NCBI GenBank assembly: GCA_964016885.1
Contig: OZ024764.1
Location: 22,630,001-22,694,000, forward strand
Direction of reading: 5' to 3'
DNA: 64,000 nucleotides
Origin: Eledone cirrhosa
Lineage: Eukaryota
Positions 1 through 10,660 of this stretch are shown here, one piece after another (the stretch's first letter is position 1; each line of letters starts with the position of its first letter). The translations under genes and the position numbers were made by a program. The notes below the pieces were generated by a model. The model saw nothing but the letters and a program-made list of their open reading frames with translations. It ran no database searches and was not told the origin of the DNA.

Positions 1-561
1 GTAGGTTACCAACACTAGGGAGGGCAGCATATCCTTCAGTGTGTTCTGCTACATTAACTACCAGGAGGTCACCACATGAGACAAAGACTACATTTCAAAG
101 AAGGGTCATAAAAGAACTAAATACAAAAGTCCTCGCAGCAAAAAAACAAATAATTGAGCTTTGGGTCTGGGTCAAGGGGGCATAAGTGGCTTAACCTGTC
201 ACAGCCGGGCCACCCTGGGTTGTGTCATCTAGGTACCAGACAGGGGTAACTAGACCATGTTGTCAACTGTCAACACCAATAGGATGAGGCGAGTGGGTCG
301 CCTTGCTAGACACCATATATAAAAACGTATTTGCTAATTACTTTAATGAATAATTTGTTTCATACGTAATTATTACTTTTAACACAATAGGATTTTGTAC
401 ACGTGTTTGTTTGAAAACATCTTTCAAAGAAGTATGAGACAGTCTTTTGTCGTGTTTATTATAATAAATTACTGTATGTTGAGCTGTTTTAACTTCTCCA
501 CCTTCCATTATTTTATATTGTTTTTGTAAAAAAACGAGATCTTTTTCATATATATATATAT

Positions 562-775
562 GAAGGCGTGTGGCTGAGTGGTTAGAGAATTGGATTCGGA
601 ATTGTGAGGTTGTGAGTTCGATTTCCAGACTGGGCGATTCGTTATGTCCTTGAGCAAGACATTTTATTTCACGTTGCTCCTTCTACCTGGAGTTGCGACC
701 GATAGATAGTATTAGCAATTGGAAAGACCAATGGAAACATTGTTTCCTCGGTCCGATTTGACGAAAAGTCGATCA
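562..775 (+). mobile_element. tRNA-derived SINE (copies about 34992-35203 and 46269-46481)
   Basis: A-box-like TGGCTGAGTGG and B-box-like GAGTTCGAT, followed by a gtccttgagcaagaca core; inserted next to (TA)n. Confidence 0.7.
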
Positions 776-1041
776 TAAAAAATATATATAGAAAGAGAGA
801 AACACAAACATACACTACTGTATTACATATGTCAGGGGAGACAACTCTCGTTACATCCACCCTTCTTTTTGATATACATTCATTAAATACTTTGTTCAAT
901 GGAACCTGCTTTATTTTGTGTCCTAAGTAGATTTCTGTTTAAGTATTTACGTGATTCACAATGATTCACGTAACCAAGTTACTTACATAGAGATATATTT
1001 CACATAGAATCACAACAAATGAAAATATTAAGTCAACACTC

Positions 1042-1808
1042 TGTCAATCAGTCTCACATCACATGGGGTGCTGGAGTCTCCCTCTAATACTTTCTGAGAC
1101 AGTCTTACCTCGAGTGATAGCAAGGCTAAGATGTTGGAACTACCAAACAGCCTCATATGTATCACCTGACACCTCGGTAAGGAGAGCTGCCAACGATAAC
1201 AAGAACCTCGTTGTCAGGGACCTATCTCCTCCAAACTTCTCCAACACCACAGACTAGAATATTCTACTCTTTATTCCCTATCAAATATTTTTCAGTCTAG
1301 TCATTTATCTTGTATCTTGTATATGTATTTTCAAAACTAACTGTCACATTTGTGAGACCCCAGTTAGTATTGTTTTCGTCTCCCTCCCACATCCTACATG
1401 CTGTAGTAAAAGTGAGGGTCACTGCTTCTGTAGACGAACGAAATAAAAGTTAAACTACCAGTAATTATCGGCAAAGTATTTATTCCAGTCTGTGATGTTT
1501 GAGAAGCTGGGCTGCTGACAACGAAGTTGTGGTCACTGTTGGCGGCTGGCTTTACCGAAGTACCCGATGACTCTTGTGAGGGTACTTAGCTGTTCTGGCG
1601 GTTTAGCCTCCATGACATGATTTTACTGAGATACCCGGTGATCTCTGTCAGGGTACTTAGCTGTTCTGGCGGTTTAGCCTCCATATGACCCGATCTTACC
1701 GAGATACCCGGTGATCTCTGTCAGGGTACTTAGCTGTTCTGGCAACTTAGCCCCCATATGACCCGATTTACCGAAGTACCCGGTGATCTCTGTAAGAGTA
1801 CTTAGCTG
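1042..1808. repeat. Two inverted, diverged copies of an LTR-like repeat; the minus copy carries about 4 x 71-73-bp tandem units (1552-1808)
   Basis: 1122-1260 (+) aligns by eye to the reverse complement of 1480-1620. Termini TGTCA.../...TGACA; AATAAA on the minus copy. Recurs in every unit head (2 units near 16766 and 47251, 3 near 63508). Confidence 0.5.
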
Positions 1809-2455
1809 GGCATAGGTTAAGTTTTACGTCCTCGAAAATGAAACTAGGTTTTCTGACATGTGAATGTGTTTTTTTTTTTTTACAATGAAATTTACGATAC
1901 ACTTTTTGTTTATTTACAACAGGTCTCTATAGTGATATGGTGTTAATTAGTATTGCGTGTGTGATTATTTTCTCTTATATATATATGTGTGGGTGTGTAT
2001 ATGTGTGTATATATATGTGTGTCTGTATGTATATATATATATGTGTTTGTATATATATATGTGTTTGTGTCATCATCATCGTTTACATGTTTTTACCCAA
2101 ATCCCTTATCATTCTCTGTCCTTCCTATGACCCGGCCTTAATTTGTTTATAGTTGGTGCCAACTTTGGCAAGATATTACAAAAACATCTAAACGATGATG
2201 ATGACACAAACACATATATATATACAAACACACATATATATATATACATACAGACACACATATACACACCCACACATATATATATAAGAAATAATAATCA
2301 CACACGCAATACTAATTAACACCATATCACTATAGAGACCTGTTGTAAATAAACAAAGAGTGTATCGTAAATTTCATCGTAAAAAAAACAAAAAACACAT
2401 TCACTTGTCAGAAAACCTAGTTTCATTTTCGAGGACGTAAAACTTAACCTATGCC
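1809..2455. mobile_element. Foldback / long-TIR non-autonomous DNA element, unit 1 only
   Basis: About 285-bp inverted arms (ggcataggttaagttttacgtcc...ggacgtaaaacttaacctatgcc) around an ~85-bp spacer. CTTAGCTG duplicated at 1801-1808 and 2456-2463. Empty site in units 2, 4 and 5. Confidence 0.88.
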
Positions 2456-2543
2456 CTTAGCTGTTCTATTTTAATTACATTTACTGATTTCAACTTCATT
2501 TTTATATTACAAACTTTACATAATTTAATTCCGTAAAAATATT

Positions 2544-2688
2544 TTACGTCACAAAAAAACTTGACCTTTGACATTGAAGCATGCGCAGTGGTGCAGTTGT
2601 CGACTTCCTGTCCACGTGTTAGTCTTCCTACAACATCATTTAGAAAACATTTCTGTAAATACTAAACACCTGAAACTATAATGTAAGT
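2544..2688 (+). promoter_or_regulatory. Putative ZNF promoter and non-coding exon 1 (unit 1)
   Basis: Clustered motifs: TTACGTCA (CRE-like, 2544), TGACCTTTGACA (nuclear-receptor-like, 2562), GCATGCGCA (NRF1-like, 2579), ACTTCCTG (ETS, 2603), CACGTG (E-box, 2613), then donor GTAAGT at 2683. Conserved in four units. Confidence 0.6.
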
Positions 2689-3220
2689 ATTATGTCTATT
2701 AATATTGTAGATTTAAGCTCACTTTTCACATCACAAATATATATTTTCTTGTTTGTTTCATTACTGGAAATATAAAATGTTATCGTAATTATCTATATTT
2801 TACCTACCTCTAATTAATTAAAGTGAAAACTTTTGTTGTTGCTGAAAAATAAATTAACAAAACTAAATATTTAAATATTCTAAAGGTCCTTTTTATATTA
2901 TGTGATGATATAATTAATATATTTTATTACAATTGTATAAATTTACAGTAGAATAACGTTGTAAATATGTTTTAAATATATACATAAATAACATAAGTGT
3001 GTAAATAACATTATAAATTGCTGGCAATTCCTTGAGAAAGACATTACAAATATATTGTCTAAACTGTGTATAATAATATAATTTATTGAACAATAATGAT
3101 AAAGGAAAGAAAAACACAGTGGGAGATGGCAATTCACCACCAGGTGTGATAATAGGCCACACCTCACACCTTAGGGGTTAACTACACACTTTGAGGCAAG
3201 CCAACACACTGGCAGCATTA

Positions 3221-3499
3221 CTAAGGTGTTGAAATAACCAGGTACCCTCACGGGTATCACCTGGTACCTCAGTAAGGTGAGGCTAAGGTGCTGAAATAAC
3301 CAGGTACCCTCACGGGTATCACCTAACACCTCGGTAAGGTGAGGCTAAGGATCTGAAATAACCAGGTACCCTCACGGGTATCACCTGACACCTCGGTAAG
3401 GTGAGGCTAAGGGGCTGAAATAACCAGGTACCCTCACGGGTATCACCTGACACCTTGGTAAGGTGAGTCTAAGGGGCTGAAATAACCAGGCACCCTCAC
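3221..3499 (+). repeat. 62-bp tandem repeat, about 4.5 copies (about 2.5-3 copies near 21395-21550 and 48111-48264)
   Basis: gaaataaccaggtaccctcacgggtatcacctgacacctcggtaaggtgaggctaagg recurs at 3231, 3293, 3355, 3417, 3479. Confidence 0.9.
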
Positions 3500-3857
3500 G
3501 GAAACGACTAGATTTGTAGAAAAAGTAGAGTGAAAGTATACGAAGAGATGTAGTTTCACAGATCTACTCACACCTCACGTTGGGTGGGAAATAATTATTT
3601 TTCTTAGATTTTTTTCTAGACCCCTTTTCAATATTTTCTCTCAACCCCTTAGATACTTGCAATAGACGTTTTATTCCCCAGTATTAGGGTTAGGGTTTCC
3701 GTTTTCAGGAAGAAAAGTCGATTGCAAACATCTAAGAGGTCGAGAAATAAAATTAAGGAAAGATAATTATTTCCCAGCCAACTGGAGAAGTGTGTAGCTC
3801 TTCTAAACTCTGATAATCCTGTCTCCCACTTCTTTATCTACAAATCTAGTCGTTTCC
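3500..3857. mobile_element. MITE with 21-bp perfect TIR and extended imperfect palindrome (copies 21551-21910, 48266-48621; partial 35908-36013)
   Basis: ggaaacgactagatttgtaga ... tctacaaatctagtcgtttcc; no TSD recognisable. Confidence 0.8.
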
Positions 3858-4069
3858 TGCTACTTTGAAGGCCCTATTTATTGATAACACCACTTGTAAA
3901 TCTTTGTCAACTTTTCATACGTAAATTGTGAATCAGTTATTTTAAAACAAACTATCAAAGAAGTGATCTCACAGTAACTGTGTTTGATTTAATCAACTTA
4001 TTCCCCCCCCCCCCCCAACATTGTAGACCTTGTGTCTAAATCAGAAACTATTATAAGATCTTAAATCAA

Positions 4070-4210
4070 CCTCGTAAAGATGAAGGGCAAAGCTAACCTC
4101 GGCGGGATTTCAACCCTTTATGTTATGAGTTCAAATCCCACCAAAGTTAACTTTGTCTTTCATTCTAACGGAGTGGATAAATTAAAGTTCCAGTAATCTA
4201 CTGGGGTCTG
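4070..4210. mobile_element. Two oppositely oriented SINE fragments (copy about 48820-48965)
   Basis: B-box-like GAGTTCAAATCCC followed by aactttgtctttcat on +; a reverse-complement version lies immediately upstream. Confidence 0.5.
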
Positions 4211-4266
4211 AGATATTAAGGTTTGAGTAGATTCTATCTTTTTGTGTGTTTGTATTTATAATCTTA

Positions 4267-4431
4267 CTAGAACACCTGTGACCTGTTGGGTCACGTTCCC
4301 TTTAAAAATAATATTTAAATAATTAAAATATACACAGACATGTATATAATGTAAAATGAAATTAGTAGGCCCATGTATATATATATATATATATGCGTGT
4401 GTGTGTATATATATATATATGCGTGTGTGTG

Positions 4432-4481
<50 letters not shown>

Positions 4482-4760
4482 CACACGTCACTTGTTATAA
4501 TTTTATAACTTTGTTCAACAGCACCACCAGCTATCTCTCTCACACACACCCATTATCTTTCTCTCTATTTATAAAGGTGCCAGAAAAACCCCATATCTCG
4601 GGAACCTGTGCATTGATTTACGTGAAACTTATTTTATCCCATTTGTATTCCCATTTCAGGGTCAACTTCCTTTCAAACTATTTTCCCATTATGCCCCGTT
4701 TTGGCTGTATTACATTACAGACAAGACACAATCACAGAGTTTTAGGTTTATAATGTTATA
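4267..4760 (+). mobile_element. Non-autonomous Helitron-like element with internal (TA)/(TG) microsatellite (copy about 49021-49495)
   Basis: Starts ACTAG and has no TIR. Homologous in reverse to 11925-12275. Classification is from terminal motifs only. Confidence 0.5.
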
Positions 4761-4805
4761 GTATCATGATAGGGTAATACAGTTATTTATAGACCTGTGG
4801 TAAAT

Positions 4806-4904
4806 GTTGGTTCAGTCCACCCTGGGGGGTGTAAGTGTTGGTTCAGTCTACCCTGAGGGGTGTCAGTGTTGGTTCAGTCTACCCTGAGGGGTGTCAGTGT
4901 TGGT
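4806..4904 (+). repeat. 31-bp tandem repeat x3 (x2 in unit 4, about 49538-49605)
   Basis: tgttggttcagtctaccctgaggggtgtcag repeated. Confidence 0.8.
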
Positions 4905-4939
4905 CAATGATAACCTTTATAACTAGAGACCTGTTGGTG

Positions 4940-5289
4940 AGGACAAGCTGGATGTGGTGACATCTTTCTGCTACCTGTGTGACATGTCAGCTGGAAGTGG
5001 AGCCAAGTTCACTGCCATCGTGCTGTGCCACTCCACAGGTAACAAGTTTAGGCAGCTTCTCCTAATCCTCAAGACATGCTGGCTACCATTAGACACCATG
5101 GGGCAGGTTTATAACACCTGTGGGAGAAGTGTGTTGTTTCATGCCAGCGAGACCTGGGCCATGTTATCTGACTGTCTGAATTGACTCTGAAGAAATGACA
5201 GAGCTATGATCCACTGGATGTGTTGTGTGACCATTGAGGATGATGTCAGCTCAACTGAGCTCCTAAAAAAACTGCTGATCGACAACCTC
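4940..5289 (+). mobile_element. Old RTE-like LINE 3' fragment
   Basis: Translates to VVTSFCYL...RSVLFHASETW, the RTE C-terminal region. Confidence 0.6.
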
Positions 5290-7876
5290 AAGGATGTGTT
5301 TCACAGGAGACACATGCACTGGTATGGCCATGTTGTGCATTCTCTCTCAACTCATCTATGCTTGGTCGTTGATGCACATTGACATTGCACATCCAACGGA
5401 GCATACTTGCTTCATTTCTCTCCAGTCGTTGCATATCCTCCACAGTTGCTGTCCATGTCTCACTACCGTGCAGCATCACACATCTCACGCAGGCATCACC
5501 AGCCATTCGTTCTTAGGGAGAAACGCTTCTTTGTCAACAGAGGAAGCAGCTCCCTAAACGTCTTCCAACCTGTCCTTATTCTAGATACTATGGCCTCGGA
5601 ACACCCTCCTCCCATGCTAATCTGATCACCTAGGTATCGGAAGCTATCAACCACCTCTGTAGATCCTACCTGCATTTGAAAAATGTGTCTATCACTGCGA
5701 CTTCTACTGTCAAATTTCCCTGTACATCTACTGCATATGTAGTTTTCCCTACCTGTTAGTTTGCCTGCTATCCCACTACATTTCTTGTGTACCCAAAATC
5801 TGCATTGTGTACATTATAGAATTTATGCCAGTTCCTTTTCTACATATCGAACAAGGCCATTTCCCTGATGGAATGACAGTTTTGTCCTCTTTTCTACTCA
5901 TCAACACTTTTGTCTTAGCTAGGTTCACTCTCAGTCCTCTTGATTCCAACTGCTGTTGCAATAGCCAGAATTTATTCTCTAGCTCCTCTACTGATTCTGC
6001 TATAAGAACCAGATCGTCAGCATAGAGAAGTTCCCATGGGCAGCCAGTCTTAAACTCTTCTGTTATGACTTGGAGGACTATAATGAACAAGAGCGGGCTG
6101 AGGACCAAACCCTGATGTACTCCTGCATCTGTAATTCCTCACTAAACTCCATGCCTACCCTCACTTTACTGACAGTACCTCTGTACATAGCTTGCACTGT
6201 CCTCACAAGCCATTCCTCTACACCTAGTTTCCTTAGGGACCACCAGATGACAGATTGGGGTACTCTATAAAAGGCCTTCTCTAGGTCAACAAAAACTAAG
6301 TATAGTGGTTTTCTTCTCTAAGAACCTCTCTTGTAGTTGTCTCACTAAGAAGAGGGCATCTGTTTGACCCTTTCTCTAAGTTGCGCTAGTATTCTTTCTG
6401 TCACTTTCATAACCTGATCCATCAGTTTTATACCCCTATAATTACTCCCCTCCAGAACATCCCCTTTACCTTTACCTCAATTTATGAGAATACTGCTGCA
6501 CCAGTCTTTGGGGGTGACACCACCATATATAGCTTGATTAATGATGCATGCAACCAGTTTAATTCCTACTTCTCCTGATGCCTTCAGCATCTCAGCAACT
6601 ATCCCCAACAGTCCAGCGGACCTACCATTTTTCATTTCCTTAATTGCCTCTTGGACCCTATAGTCGTCAATCTCAATAGCTGGTCCCTCTGGCGGGTCTA
6701 CTGAGGGTAGTTTCTCTCCCTTTCATTCTCTACATTCATCAGTCTCTCATAATGACATTTCCAGGCCTCCTTTTTTTTGAGAATCAGTGACACTAAGTGC
6801 ACCAACATCCTGATTTACACTGACACACTGCCTTGCAATGTGGATCACCGCACATCTCTGATCTCCCTATCGCAGGACATTGGCAAACCTTCTCCTTTCA
6901 GCCTCCCTGCATGTTAAGTAAACCTGACATCTAGCTTCTCTCTTAGCGGCTGTGTATCGGTCTCTACCCCTACCATTTTTCAAAGCCTTTTGTCTCTAAT
7001 GGCTCTATCTACCGTGCTGTTCCACCACCAGGTCACCCTCTGTTTGGTTGGAGCTCTGCTCCAGCCACAAGTTTCTTCAGTAACCTGCAGTAAGTTGTAA
7101 TGTAAGAAATTCCAATTATCATCCATGTCATACGACATTGAAGGGCTTTCCTAAATTTATATTTTAGTGAAAGGTCTTTTAGTTTCCAGACCTTCCTTTT
7201 TCAAACCTTCTTGTATGTCTCATTTTATCTCTTGGGGGGTTACATTGTTCCCTGGGGTATGCCTTAGTATTTGACACCATCTATCTGTCTTACTCCCTAA
7301 CTAGCAAGAAGTAAATCTGGCTCATGTGCTCACCTGATTGGTAGGTTATTAGGTGGTTGGTAGGTTTCTTGAAGTGTTGTAAATGGTTAGTTCACTTGCA
7401 TCACAAAATACAAGAAGCCTCACTCCTTCTTCGTTTCTTGAGTCATAACCATGACCACCATGTACCCCAGTATATCCATCCTCGAACTGTCCAACATGAC
7501 CATTGAAGTCCCCTGCTATTATAACTAGGTCTCTGTCATTGTGGTTATCTCTACTTATTCCTTTTCTACATATGGAGCAGGGCTACTTTCCTGAAGGGGT
7601 CAGGGTCTTCTCTCCTATCCATTAGCACTTTAGTTTTGGCTAAGTATATTCTCAGAACTTACCATTTCAAATTCTATATCTATAGCTGGTCATCTACATA
7701 GAGAAGTTTCCATAGACAGCCAGTCTTAAACCTCTCTGTTATGGCTTGGAGAACTATGATGAACAACAGTGGGCTAAGAACTAAACCATGATGAACTCCT
7801 ACCTGTACCTTCAATTCCTCACTAAACACACTTTACTGACAGCTTCTCACAAGCCATTCTTCTACACCTAATTTCT
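5290..7876 (-). mobile_element. Degraded RTE-clade LINE (endonuclease + RT) in intron 1, plus an adjacent rearranged RT fragment (about 7540-7876)
   Basis: Motifs GDFNGHVG, SVLSPLLF, ELLYADDL, HGSETW in broken frames. Confidence 0.9.
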
Positions 7877-7880
7877 TTAA

Positions 7881-8088
7881 CCCTTTAGTATATAAACTGG
7901 CCATATCTGGCCAGAATTGTCTCATGTCTTTCTGTTCAAACTGGCCGTAACTGGTCACTTATACTTATGTTAAGGTATTGTTCTCAAAATAAGTAACATC
8001 AAAATCTCATAGATTTGATATTATGAGTGATAAAGCATTTACTGTGAAAATATAATAGTAAATATAGAGTAATGTGAATACTAAAGGG
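7881..8088. mobile_element. piggyBac-type MITE (copies 22564-22771; 36664-38787, interrupted by CR1; 52519-52726)
   Basis: TTAA|CCCTTTAGTAT ... ATACTAAAGGG|TTAA: TTAA target duplication with CCC/GGG termini. Confidence 0.85.
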
Positions 8089-8192
8089 TTAATCTGATGT
8101 CACTAATAACTACTTTTATCTGTCAGTTTAATCTAATGTCACTAATAACTACTTTTATCAGTCAGTTTAATCTACTACCACTAATAACTAAC
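8089..8192 (+). repeat. 39-bp VNTR, about 2.6 copies
   Basis: Unit ttaatctaatgtcactaataactacttttatcagtcagt. Confidence 0.9.
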
Positions 8193-8309
8193 CTATGTTA
8201 GTCAGCACATTCTTCACCAAAGAAGGCCTTAGTATTTATTACAGTCCATTTATCAATATAGAAATATTATATGAAATTTGTACTGATGTATTACAAGTTT
8301 CTCAGTATC

Positions 8310-8334
8310 TTATAATGTTCTTTTATTATTTCAG
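8310..8334 (+). other. Splice acceptor of the ZNF exon (paralogous AGs end at 23992, 39267, 53206)
   Basis: ttcttttattatttcag|aatacc, identical in all four units. Confidence 0.65.
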
Positions 8335-8545
8335 AATACCAGAGGACATTGGCATTAAAGAGCACGTTACATCAGACATATCCTCAACATTAACCATTTC
8401 TAATGAAATACACTAACCATCATTTTCAAATAATTTTGAAAACACTCAACACTTTGAAGTGATTTAGTAATATAACTAAATTTCTCAGTATTAAGCTGTG
8501 AATTATGTGAGAAACTGAGGTGATTGATATCTTTTAGTAGGAGAT

Positions 8546-9985
8546 ATGTCGAAAAATATAGTAAAATCACCATTCCACTGTGATATCTGTGGTAAATCAT
8601 TCTCTCGTAGTAATCACCTAACTACTCACAAACGTATTCATACAGGAGAGAAGCCATATCACTGTGATATCTGTGGTAAATCATTCAGTCGCAGTAATAC
8701 CTTAACTAATCACAAACATATTCATACAGGAGAGAAACCATATCACTGTGATATCTGTGGTAAAACGTTCTCTAAAAATAATAACCTAACTACTCACAAA
8801 CATATTCATACAGGAGAGAACCCATATCACTGTGATGTCTGTGGTAAATCATTCACTTGTAGTCATCACCTAACTACTCACAAACGTATTCATACAGGAG
8901 AGAAGCCATATCACTGTGATATCTGTGGTAAATCATTCAGTGACAGTAGTAGCTTCAGAGTTCACAAACAAATTCATACAGGAGAGAAACCATATCACTG
9001 TGACATCTGTGGTAAAACGTTCTCTAAAAACAATAGCGTAACTACTCACAAACGTATTCATACAGGAGAGAAGCCATATCAATGTGACATCTGTGATAAA
9101 TCATTCTCTCAAAGTAGTCACCTAACTACTCACAAACGTATTCATACAGGAGAGAAGCCATATCAATGTGATATCGGTGATAAATCATTCAGTGACAGTA
9201 GTAGCTTCAGAGTTCACAAACAAATTCATACAGGAGAGAAGCCACATCACTGTGACATCTGTGGTACATCATTCAGTCACAAAAGTAACTTAACTACCCA
9301 CAAACGTATTCATACAGGAGAGAAGCCATATCAGTGTGATATCTGTGGTAAATCATTCTCTCGTAATAACCTAACTACTCACAGACGTATTCATACAGGA
9401 GAGAAACCATATCACTGTGATATCTGTGCTAAAACATTCACTAAAAATAATAACCTAACTACTCACAAACGTATTCATACAGGAGAGAACCCATATCATT
9501 GTGATATCTGTGGTAAATCATTCTCTCAGAGTAATCAGCTAACTTCTCACAAACGTATTCATACAGGAGAGAAGCCATATCACTGTGACATCTGTGATAA
9601 ATCATTCTCTCATAGTAAAACCTTAACTACCCACAAACGTACTCATACAGGAGAGAAGCCATATCACTGTGATATCTGTGATAAATCATTCTCTCAGCAT
9701 AAAACCTTAACTATCCACAAACGTACTCATACAGGAGAGAAGCCATATCACTGTGACATCTGTGGTAAATCATTCTCTCATAGTAATACCTTAGCTATCC
9801 ACAAACGTACTCATACAGGAGAGAAGCCATATCATTGTGACATCTGTGGTAAATCATTCGCTGACAGAACTAGCTTAGCTACCCACAAACGTACTCATAC
9901 AGGAGAGATTTACCTCATCTGTGGTAAATCATTCTCTCTTAGAGGTAACTTAACCAAGCATGTGCGTATTCATACAGAAGTTTAG
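8546..9985 (+). CDS. Tandem C2H2 zinc-finger protein (unit 1), 479 aa, 17 finger repeats
   Basis: CxxC-x12-HxxxH repeats with TGEKPY linkers. Finger 8 has C->G (CDIGD), finger 10 is one residue short and finger 17 lacks its first Cys. Leader is only about 10 aa. Confidence 0.93.
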   Translation: MSKNIVKSPFHCDICGKSFSRSNHLTTHKRIHTGEKPYHCDICGKSFSRSNTLTNHKHIHTGEKPYHCDICGKTFSKNNNLTTHKHIHTGENPYHCDVCGKSFTCSHHLTTHKRIHTGEKPYHCDICGKSFSDSSSFRVHKQIHTGEKPYHCDICGKTFSKNNSVTTHKRIHTGEKPYQCDICDKSFSQSSHLTTHKRIHTGEKPYQCDIGDKSFSDSSSFRVHKQIHTGEKPHHCDICGTSFSHKSNLTTHKRIHTGEKPYQCDICGKSFSRNNLTTHRRIHTGEKPYHCDICAKTFTKNNNLTTHKRIHTGENPYHCDICGKSFSQSNQLTSHKRIHTGEKPYHCDICDKSFSHSKTLTTHKRTHTGEKPYHCDICDKSFSQHKTLTIHKRTHTGEKPYHCDICGKSFSHSNTLAIHKRTHTGEKPYHCDICGKSFADRTSLATHKRTHTGEIYLICGKSFSLRGNLTKHVRIHTEV

Positions 9986-10195
9986 CTGTATCAATATCAA
10001 ACTCATTACATCATACTACAACAACAACAACAACAATTGTGTAGATGCATCCTCCTTGCTAAAACTGGGGTTAACCTTGTAGGTTTTACCTATGACAGGG
10101 ATCATAAACACCAGGTTTCCATTTTTGAAGTAGTGTTTGAAGATTTTGTGTAAATTAAAGTTTTTCACATTAAACTTTCATTTATTATACTTTAA

Positions 10196-10263
10196 CAGGT
10201 AAGGTATATATTTGTATTTTTAGTAAAGGTTGGGAACTTCTGTAATTTAAACCTGCCAATAAA
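10196..10263 (+). terminator. 3'UTR donor (CAG|GTAAG) and polyA signal AATAAA (10258)
   Basis: Donor present in all four units (also about 26301, 40631, 55064). AATAAA in units 1, 2 and 4; ATTAAA variant in unit 3. Confidence 0.5.
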
Positions 10264-10299
10264 ATGAAAACTTTTGTTGTTGCTAGTCTGACATTGATA

Positions 10300-10660
10300 T
10301 TAATTCTATTGTCCTGTACATTGTCTCAAATATCACAGATTAAACAGATTTTAACAATAACAACAGAAATCAATAACTTGTAAGCCTAATATCTAGCTTC
10401 CATTTTAACCATTTGATATTGTTGTTCCCCTCCTGTCTCTTTAGGTCTTTTAGATTTCAACTTCTATCTACTGTACTATTCCATCACCAAGGCAACATTC
10501 ATCTGGCTGGCAGCTTACATCAACTACAGATCTCATCAGTGGTTCACAACAGGCTGTCTGAAAGAAACTTGCTGATATCTTCTATGTCATAGCTATCAAT
10601 CTCCTCCTCCTTATCATATGTATCATGTAGAACATCTCTGAATTTATATTTAACAGGGAG
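10300..10660 (-). mobile_element. Ancient RTE LINE fragment hosting the 82-bp minisatellite
   Basis: Minus strand reads DIEDISKFLSDSLL*TTDEICS...W*WNSTVDR, matching the DNLLQVTEETCGW...WWWNSTVDR segment of the younger RTEs in this window. Confidence 0.7.

Noticed and set aside
562-640. tRNA gene
   Set aside because: A/B-box-like motifs are present but no convincing cloverleaf, and the sequence continues into a SINE body.
1063-1257. 64-aa ORF MGCWSLPL... recurring in the unit heads
   Set aside because: It lies within an LTR-like repeat and has no recognisable domain. It is broken in unit 4, and its recurrence is explained by segmental duplication.
3684-3697. Interstitial telomere (ttagggttagggtt)
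   Set aside because: Only two units, inside a MITE, and degenerate in the unit 2 copy.
4256-4753. ORFs rich in YI/CV/HT (also 1937-2152, 29765-30244, 49011-49280)
   Set aside because: These are translations of (TA)n/(TG)n microsatellites.
8195-8416. 73-90-aa ORF upstream of each ZNF as a coding N-terminal exon
   Set aside because: It spans the polypyrimidine tract and acceptor, ends in a stop before the ZNF ATG, and its stop position differs between units.
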